From: Bacteroidales bacterium
Lineage (GTDB): Bacteria > Bacteroidota > Bacteroidia > Bacteroidales > UBA7960
Length of the DNA: 64,000 bases
Assembly: GCA_007125585.1 (NCBI GenBank)
Contig: SLCY01000087.1
Location: 2,644-66,643 of the forward strand
Direction of reading: 5' to 3'
Shown: in pieces, positions 57,966 to 64,000 of the stretch
Layout of the letters: each line of letters begins with the position of its first letter
How positions within the stretch are numbered: position 1 is the stretch's first letter
Notes under the pieces: model-generated
Databases searched by the model: none
Told to the model about the DNA's origin: nothing
Seen by the model: only the letters and a program-made list of their open reading frames with translations
Translations under genes and position numbers: made by a program

Positions 57966-60590
57966 CTATTTGCCCAGCAGACGCTTGATCTCATTAAGCT
58001 TCATCAGGGCCTCCACAGGGGTTAAAGTATCAATATCTGTATTCAGGATATCTTCCTTGATCTGTTGCAACAAGGGGTCATCCAGCTGAAAGAAGCTCAG
58101 TTGCATGTCATCCTGCTTCTTTCCTGGGCCTGCCGAACCCGCTTTGCCGGTCAGCTCGTCATGGCTGTGGGTCTTTTCCAGTTGCGACAATATGTTGTTG
58201 GCACGGTCAATGACAGATGCAGGCATCCCCGCCATGCGGGCAACATGTATTCCAAAAGAATGCTCGCTGCCGCCCGGGACAAGTTTTCGCATAAAGATCA
58301 CATTGTTGCGCACCTCTTTTACGGAAACGTTATAGTTCTTTATCCTCATAAAAGATCCGGCCATCTCGTTGAGCTCATGGTAATGGGTGGCAAACAGGGT
58401 TTTAGCCCTGAAAAGAGGATGTTCGTGCAGAAACTCGGCAATGGCCCAGGCGATGCTGATGCCGTCATAGGTGCTGGTGCCGCGGCCGATCTCATCCAGA
58501 AGGATCAGGCTGCGATCGGAGATGTTGTTCAGGATGCTTGCCGTTTCGTTCATCTCCACCATAAAGGTGGATTCACCGGAAGAAATATTATCGGAAGCAC
58601 CCACCCGGGTGAAGATCTTGTCTACAATGCCTATGGAAGCATCCTCGGCGGGCACAAAGCTACCCATTTGCGCCATCAAAACGATCAGGCCGGTCTGCCT
58701 CAGAAGGGCTGATTTCCCAGACATGTTCGGCCCGGTAATGATAATGAACTGTTGGGTTTCGTTATCCAGGAAAACATCATTGGGCACATATTCCTCCCCC
58801 GGGGGCAGTCGCTGTTCGATCACAGGATGCCGCCCCCCTTTAATGTCAAGGATATAGGAGTCATTCACCCGGGGCCTGACATAATGGTACTGTTTGGCAA
58901 TGGTGGCAAAGCATAAGAGGCAATCGATGCGTGCCATCACGTTGGCGTTGACCTGAATAGGCTCCACATATTCGGCAACCGCTGCAACCAGCTCGTTGAA
59001 AAGGCGCTCCTCAAGCTGCAGGATCTTCTCTTCAGCAGTCAGTATCTTCTCTTCATATTCTTTGAGCTCCGGTGTGATATAGCGCTCGGCATTGGTTAAC
59101 GTCTGCTTGCGTTGCCAGTCATCGGGCACCTTGTCTTTGTGGGTGTTTGTCACCTCAAGATAATAACCAAAAACCTGGTTGAAAGAGATCTTTACCGATG
59201 GGATGCCTGTTCGTTCAATCTCCCGTTGACGGAGCGACGCCAGATAGTCTTTGCCGGAGCCGGCTATCTTGCGCAGCTCGTCCAGCTCTTCCGACACACC
59301 ATCGGCAATCACATTGCCCCTTGACAAGACTGCTGACGGGTCCTCCTTGAGCTCCCGCGCGATCCTGTCACGGATCATCGCACAAGGGTTGACCTGATCA
59401 GCCAGTTTTTGCAAAGGCGCGCATTCGCTTTCCTGGCAAAGCTTACGGACAGGATCTGTAATCGCCAGTGCCTTCTGTATCTGCAGCAACTCGCGGGGAT
59501 TGACCTTGCCCACAGCCACCTTGGAGATCAGACGCTCCATATCGCCGGCCTGACGGAGCTTTCCCGCCAAAGCGTCAGCCATGCCTGTGTTGTTCAGCAG
59601 ATATTCCACCACATCATAGCGCTCATTGATGCGCCCCTTGTCTTTCAGGGGAAGGATGATCCATCGCTTCAGCAGCCGGCTGCCCATCGGAGAAATGGTA
59701 TGGTCAAGGACATCCTTCAACGTGGTGGCATCCTCATTGAGGGAATCGAGGATCTCGAGGTTCCGTATGGTAAACTTGTCCAGCCAAACAAACTGGGTCT
59801 CATCTATGCGTGATATCCTGTTGATGTGGCTGAGCCTGTCATGACGTGTCTCCACCAGATATTGCATGACTGCCCCGGCGGCAATGATGCCCTCGTTAAG
59901 CTCCTCTATGCCGAAGCCTTTATAGGACCGGGTACCAAAGTGTTTTAGCAACAGGTCATCAGCAAAGTCGCGGGTATATACCCAGTCATCCAGGGCAGTG
60001 GTGTGGTATTTCCCGGGAAACACAGCCTGCAACTGGGTCAGGTGCTTTTTCTGTACCACCACCTCGCTGGGCCGGAAGCTTTGAAGCAGCTTGTCGATGT
60101 ATTCAGGATTGCCCTGGTCTGTTAAAAACTCACCTGTAGACACGTCCATAAAGGCGATGCCAGTAATGTTGCCGGCAAAATGCAGCGCGGCAAGAAAATT
60201 GTTTTCCTTGTGGTCCAACACTTTGTCGCTGAAAGCAATGCCGGGAGTGACCAACTCGGTAACTCCACGTTTCACAATTTTTTTCGCATGCTTTGGATCC
60301 TCAAGCTGCTCGCAAATGGCCACCCGCTGGCCGGCACGTACCAATTTTGGAAGATAAGTTTCCAGGGCATGGTACGGAAAGCCAGCCAACTCGACAAAAG
60401 AAGCAGCACCATTGGCACGTCGGGTGAGGACAATACCCAGGATCTCTGCCGTCTTTATAGCATCTTCTCCGAAAGTCTCGTAAAAGTCACCCACCCGAAA
60501 CAACAATAACGCATCAGGATGCCTGGCCTTGATGCCATAGTACTGCCTCATCAAAGGGGTCTCAACAGCTTTGGAAACGGTTTTTGCCAC
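57966..60590 (-). CDS. mutS: DNA mismatch repair protein MutS
   Basis: [65 protein letters not shown]. Confidence 0.97.
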   Translation of the reverse strand: MAKTVSKAVETPLMRQYYGIKARHPDALLLFRVGDFYETFGEDAIKTAEILGIVLTRRANGAASFVELAGFPYHALETYLPKLVRAGQRVAICEQLEDPKHAKKIVKRGVTELVTPGIAFSDKVLDHKENNFLAALHFAGNITGIAFMDVSTGEFLTDQGNPEYIDKLLQSFRPSEVVVQKKHLTQLQAVFPGKYHTTALDDWVYTRDFADDLLLKHFGTRSYKGFGIEELNEGIIAAGAVMQYLVETRHDRLSHINRISRIDETQFVWLDKFTIRNLEILDSLNEDATTLKDVLDHTISPMGSRLLKRWIILPLKDKGRINERYDVVEYLLNNTGMADALAGKLRQAGDMERLISKVAVGKVNPRELLQIQKALAITDPVRKLCQESECAPLQKLADQVNPCAMIRDRIARELKEDPSAVLSRGNVIADGVSEELDELRKIAGSGKDYLASLRQREIERTGIPSVKISFNQVFGYYLEVTNTHKDKVPDDWQRKQTLTNAERYITPELKEYEEKILTAEEKILQLEERLFNELVAAVAEYVEPIQVNANVMARIDCLLCFATIAKQYHYVRPRVNDSYILDIKGGRHPVIEQRLPPGEEYVPNDVFLDNETQQFIIITGPNMSGKSALLRQTGLIVLMAQMGSFVPAEDASIGIVDKIFTRVGASDNISSGESTFMVEMNETASILNNISDRSLILLDEIGRGTSTYDGISIAWAIAEFLHEHPLFRAKTLFATHYHELNEMAGSFMRIKNYNVSVKEVRNNVIFMRKLVPGGSEHSFGIHVARMAGMPASVIDRANNILSQLEKTHSHDELTGKAGSAGPGKKQDDMQLSFFQLDDPLLQQIKEDILNTDIDTLTPVEALMKLNEIKRLLGK

Positions 60591-60816
60591 AACGATCGCT
60601 TCTATGATTGCCTCTATTCCCTAACAAAGATACATGATTTTTTTTCGTTCAATATTTCACCCATGCCATATTCTTTTGCTTATTCTTGTACCTCTTTTTT
60701 CTGTGTACATCTCTCCTGCAAAAAATCCCCAGCATATCGTGTGTTCACGGAGGACGGAGGACAGAAGAACGATGGAAAAGAAGACAGTTTCAACATTGAA
60801 GGTCTGTGCAAACATT

Positions 60817-60883
60817 TAATTGACCGGGGCCTGTGGGGTGGTCAAATCCGTAATTGACCGGGGCCCGTGGGTGGGGAAATCCG
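60817..60883. repeat. Imperfect tandem duplication, about 34 bp x2
   Basis: TAATTGACCGGGGCCTGTGGGGTGGTCAAATCCG / TAATTGACCGGGGCCCGTGGGTGGGGAAATCCG. Confidence 0.8.
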
Positions 60884-61110
60884 CATTTGATGGATCTGCG
60901 TAAAAAAATCAAGGCATCTTTACCAGGGAGGGTATATGCAAGCAGGCCACCGGGCGGCATTAATGAATGTATTAAAAGGGGCATGCCGTCGTGCCGGCCG
61001 GATAGGCCTGCGCAGGGTAAAGAGGCCGTAGATTTTAGCAGATGCATCAGAAGCGGTGATCTTTCTTTTTGGTAGCTTTTTCTTTGGATGGGAGCCAAAG
61101 AAAAAGTACA
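60879..61110. repeat. Structured non-coding element: about 180-bp imperfect hairpin plus a 12-bp perfect hairpin
   Basis: GATGGATCTGC...GGCATCTTTACC pairs with GGTAAAGAGGCC...GCAGATGCATC; CTTTTTCTTTGG (61076-61087) pairs with CCAAAGAAAAAG (61095-61106). Confidence 0.7.
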
Positions 61111-61354
61111 ATGAAAAAACCAGATCAATAATCAAGCAACTCCCGGATGAAAGACCTTGAGATTTTTTTCATGTACCTTTTATCAAAAAGTCAAATGGCA
61201 GGGGTGTTAAAGAAAAAAAACGAATTTTGAAGAAGTTCTGACAGATCATAACGTTTGTTAAATAAGAACCCACTTTTGGCATGCTCTAAAATGTTTTGTA
61301 GCTTTGTGCTGCAATAAGACAAACATGTATTATTTTACAACCAAACAAAAGCTT

Positions 61355-61810
61355 ATGCATTTATTCAAAAAAAATCACATTATCGCAACCGTCTCACTGG
61401 CATTGGTGTTTATGTTCGCATTGCCGCTTAAAGCCAACCCGGGCGGGTTCAGCGACGAAGAGTTGCAAAGTTTTGCCAATGCCGTTGTACAGATCATTGC
61501 CATTCAGCAGCAGGGACAAGCAGAGATGATAGAAAAGATTGAAGATCATGACATGACAGTACAGCGGTTCAACGAGATCAATATGCAGGCGCAGCAAATG
61601 CCCGTTGAAGAGATCGATATGACAGAAGAAGAACTGGAAGCCTACATAAAACTCAACGAAGCGATCGAGAAAATCCAGGTCGACATGGAGGATGTCCTTA
61701 TCAAAGCCATTGAAGATGAAGACATCACCATCGAAAAGTATGAGGAGATCATGACAGAATACCAGCAAAACCCTGAGTTGCAGCAGCGGATACAAGAACT
61801 CATGGAATAA
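61355..61810 (+). CDS. Secreted acidic helical protein, DUF4168-like
   Basis: Signal peptide; two repeats SDEELQSFANA / TEEELEAY with ..MTVQRFNEI / .ITIEKYEEI...QQNPELQQRI. Confidence 0.7.
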   Translation: MHLFKKNHIIATVSLALVFMFALPLKANPGGFSDEELQSFANAVVQIIAIQQQGQAEMIEKIEDHDMTVQRFNEINMQAQQMPVEEIDMTEEELEAYIKLNEAIEKIQVDMEDVLIKAIEDEDITIEKYEEIMTEYQQNPELQQRIQELME

Positions 61811-61834
61811 TTTGCAAAGGCTTACAACATCAAC

Positions 61835-61868
61835 AGAGGTTGCGCCCTATGGGGGCAGCCTCTTTTTT
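61835..61868 (+). terminator. Intrinsic terminator
   Basis: AGAGGTTGC.CCC...GGGGCAGCCTCT followed by a T-run. Confidence 0.7.
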
Positions 61869-61999
61869 GATTGTGCACCTTGGTGTTATGTCAACGATGC
61901 TTTAGTCAGGCCAATCCTGGTGTTTGCCGTGCTGCTGTTTATTCTTGGGATGTTTCGAGATGTTTCTGTCAGCGTGTTTGGCAGGAGATGCCCGGCAAA

Positions 62000-63187
62000 T
62001 TAAGAGACCAGAAACAGCGGCTTATCAATAAATGATTCATAGACCGGCCTGAGGCGTTCGGTATTGTAGTGTTTCTGCACATCTATCAATTTGTTCATGC
62101 TGGTTACAATATCTACCGGGATATTGTCGTACCGTCCGTTTTTCAGGATCACCAGCCGGCCGTGTATGCCTTTGAGAATCAAATCCAGGGCCAGGTTGCC
62201 GTAGGCCATGGGGACGATACTGTCGATGGCATCGGGGTCACCGGACCGGACGAGGTAACCCAGGTATTGGTTGATCGTCTCCACCCTTTTCCCCTTGTTG
62301 AACTTCGGGCTCAATTCCTTGATACGGGCCGACACGGCATCACCGATGCCCCCAAGTTTGGCATGGCCATACATGTCTTTCTCCGTACTCTGAAACATCA
62401 TGTCTACCCCTTCGAACACGGCACCCTCCGATACCAAAACCACAGAATAATTGCTGGGGTTTTTCTTCCTGTCTTCAATCAACAATTCTGTCAAATGCTC
62501 AACGTCAAACTTGTACTCCGGGATTACGCAACGGTTGGCTGCACCGGCCATCGTCGGAAGCAGGGCAGTAAAACCGGCATAACGTCCGAAAACCTCCATC
62601 ACCAGAATACGCTCATGCGACCCTGCTGAGGTCCTCAAAAGATTAGCCATGTGGATGGTCCGGGTGACACAGGTGCTGAATCCAATACAATAGTCCGTAC
62701 CGGGCACATCGTTGTCCATCGTCTTGGGGATCGCCACCACCTTTACACCCTCCTGATACATCCGCACACCATAACTAAGGGTGTCATCACCACCAATGGG
62801 GATCAGGAAATCAATGCCGAGAAAATCAATGTTCTTCAACACTTCAGATGTCAAATCATTGACCTCGGCATTGTATTTTTCTTTCAAAAACCCAGGGACA
62901 TGTTTGGCCGGCACATGGCTTGGCCTGGTCCGTGAAGTATGTAAAAAAGTGCCCCCGGTCCGCCCGGCTTTATTTACAAGGTCTTCCGACAAATCTATAT
63001 AATTGAGGCTGTTGTCGGCCTTTTTGTCACGAATGATCTCCATGAGGCCTGCCCAGCCACGACGAATCCCAATGACCCGGTAACCTTCGCGCAAAGCACG
63101 AATGGTAATGGCACGAATGGCCGGATTCAACCCGGGCACATCACCTCCCCCGGTTAAAATTGCAATGGTCTTTTTTTGTTTTTTCAT
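62000..63187 (-). CDS. pfkA: 6-phosphofructokinase (probably PPi-dependent)
   Basis: ILTGGGDVPGLN, GGTFLHTSRT, GGDDT, IPKTMDND, EVFGRYAG, LGYLVRSG. Confidence 0.9.
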   Translation of the reverse strand: MKKQKKTIAILTGGGDVPGLNPAIRAITIRALREGYRVIGIRRGWAGLMEIIRDKKADNSLNYIDLSEDLVNKAGRTGGTFLHTSRTRPSHVPAKHVPGFLKEKYNAEVNDLTSEVLKNIDFLGIDFLIPIGGDDTLSYGVRMYQEGVKVVAIPKTMDNDVPGTDYCIGFSTCVTRTIHMANLLRTSAGSHERILVMEVFGRYAGFTALLPTMAGAANRCVIPEYKFDVEHLTELLIEDRKKNPSNYSVVLVSEGAVFEGVDMMFQSTEKDMYGHAKLGGIGDAVSARIKELSPKFNKGKRVETINQYLGYLVRSGDPDAIDSIVPMAYGNLALDLILKGIHGRLVILKNGRYDNIPVDIVTSMNKLIDVQKHYNTERLRPVYESFIDKPLFLVS

Positions 63188-63391
63188 ACGCTTTTTTTCA
63201 TTTATTATATCGTGTTCTGCATGCACAGGAAGTATGTTGTTACCGGATACTTTTTCCCTCGTAAAACAGTGAATTGAGCCAATGCCAAACGGGGTCGGCT
63301 GGAAAAAGGATGGTAAAGATATAAAATTTCATCGTAAGGAAAGGACAGCCCCGGTGTATTTTGCACCACGAAGTGCTGCCAGTGGTTAAAA

Positions 63392-63544
63392 AACGATGGA
63401 GCGATGGAACGATGGAACGAAGCTTTTGGCTGTTGGCTGTGAGCTATTGGCTTTTAAACCCTTAAACCATTCAACCCATAAACCTTTAAACTTTTAAACC
63501 CTTAAACCTATTTGACATTTCAACCTTTTGTCAAATGATAAACA
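63392..63544. repeat. Modular intergenic repeat element, copy 2 (inverted relative to 38109-38303)
   Basis: Reverse complement reads TGTTTATCATTTGAC...GGTTTAAAGGTTTATGGGTTGAA...AAAAGCCAATAGCTCACAGCCAACAGCCAAAAGCTTCGTTCCATCGTTCC. Confidence 0.9.
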
Positions 63545-63561
63545 GATGAAAAAAATTCATG

Positions 63562-63569
63562 TATATTTG
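63562..63569 (+). promoter_or_regulatory. Bacteroidota -7 element upstream of the alcohol dehydrogenase (TATATTTG)
   Basis: TAnnTTTG match 33 nt before ATG 63603. Confidence 0.5.
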
Positions 63570-63602
63570 GCAGGATAATCATTGCAAACACGAAACAGTA
63601 AA

Positions 63603-64000
63603 ATGGAAAACTTTGTGATCTACAATCCGGTAAAACTGCATTTTGGCAATGGTGTAACGGGAAAGCTGGGCAACATCGCTGCTTCCTTTGGCAAAAAAGC
63701 GATGCTTGTCTATGGGAAGGGATCGGTAAAAACCAACGGCTCCTACGACCAGGCAGTGAACAGTTTGCGTTCGGCAGACATGGACATTATTGAATACGCC
63801 GGGATCCGTCCAAACCCTGTTGTTGAGGACGTGGATGAGGCCGCACAGTTGGGCCGAAAGGAAGGTGTGGATATGGTAGTGGCTGTCGGTGGCGGCAGTG
63901 TGCTTGACAGTGCAAAATATATTGCCCTGACCATTCCTGTGAACCATTCGTGCTGGGATTTCGTCGTCGGGGACAAAAAACCCCGGGAAGCCCTGCCCAT
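63603..64000 (+). CDS. Iron-containing alcohol dehydrogenase (butanol dehydrogenase/YqhD-like), 3'-truncated by window edge
   Basis: Manual translation (absent from the ORF track): MENFVIYNPVKLHFG...LVYGKGSVK.NG.YD...GIRPNP...VAVGGGSVLDSAK. Confidence 0.88.
   Translation, partial: MENFVIYNPVKLHFGNGVTGKLGNIAASFGKKAMLVYGKGSVKTNGSYDQAVNSLRSADMDIIEYAGIRPNPVVEDVDEAAQLGRKEGVDMVVAVGGGSVLDSAKYIALTIPVNHSCWDFVVGDKKPREALP

Noticed and set aside
60790..61135. Short ORFs in the mutS upstream region
   Set aside because: No recognisable motifs; they overlap the hairpin element and are likely spurious
63579..64000. Minus-strand ORFs at the window end
   Set aside because: The real gene is the plus-strand alcohol dehydrogenase from 63603

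Overview
Mostly housekeeping chromosome from a Bacteroidota (probably Bacteroidales-like) bacterium, inferred from TAnnTTTG -7 promoters, T9SS-associated genes (porT, DUF5103, DUF6089) and the nadK-uppS-bamA-skp order. It holds rpsF-rpsR-rplI, an Mla/Pqi-type ABC system, apbE plus nqrABCDEF, a TetR-MMPL-LolA-like-barrel cassette, sucAB, tRNA-Gly and tRNA-Leu, mrdA-rodA, mutS and pfk. Two loci stand out. (1) An intact gatE-gatD pair, the normally archaeal Glu-tRNA(Gln) amidotransferase, lies between tRNA-Leu and a lysine/saccharopine dehydrogenase gene. (2) An octaheme (Otr-like) cytochrome / cytochrome b / split YeeE / rhodanese operon has three proteins ending in the same P-V-x-G-G-C tail, suggesting a SoxY-like swinging-arm sulfur relay. 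Also noted: a modular 8/7/8-bp repeat element present twice in inverted orientation, a long-hairpin non-coding element upstream of mutS, an NqrM-like small protein and a Cys-rich SucA tail. All calls come from reading the sequence and motifs; no database searches were run.
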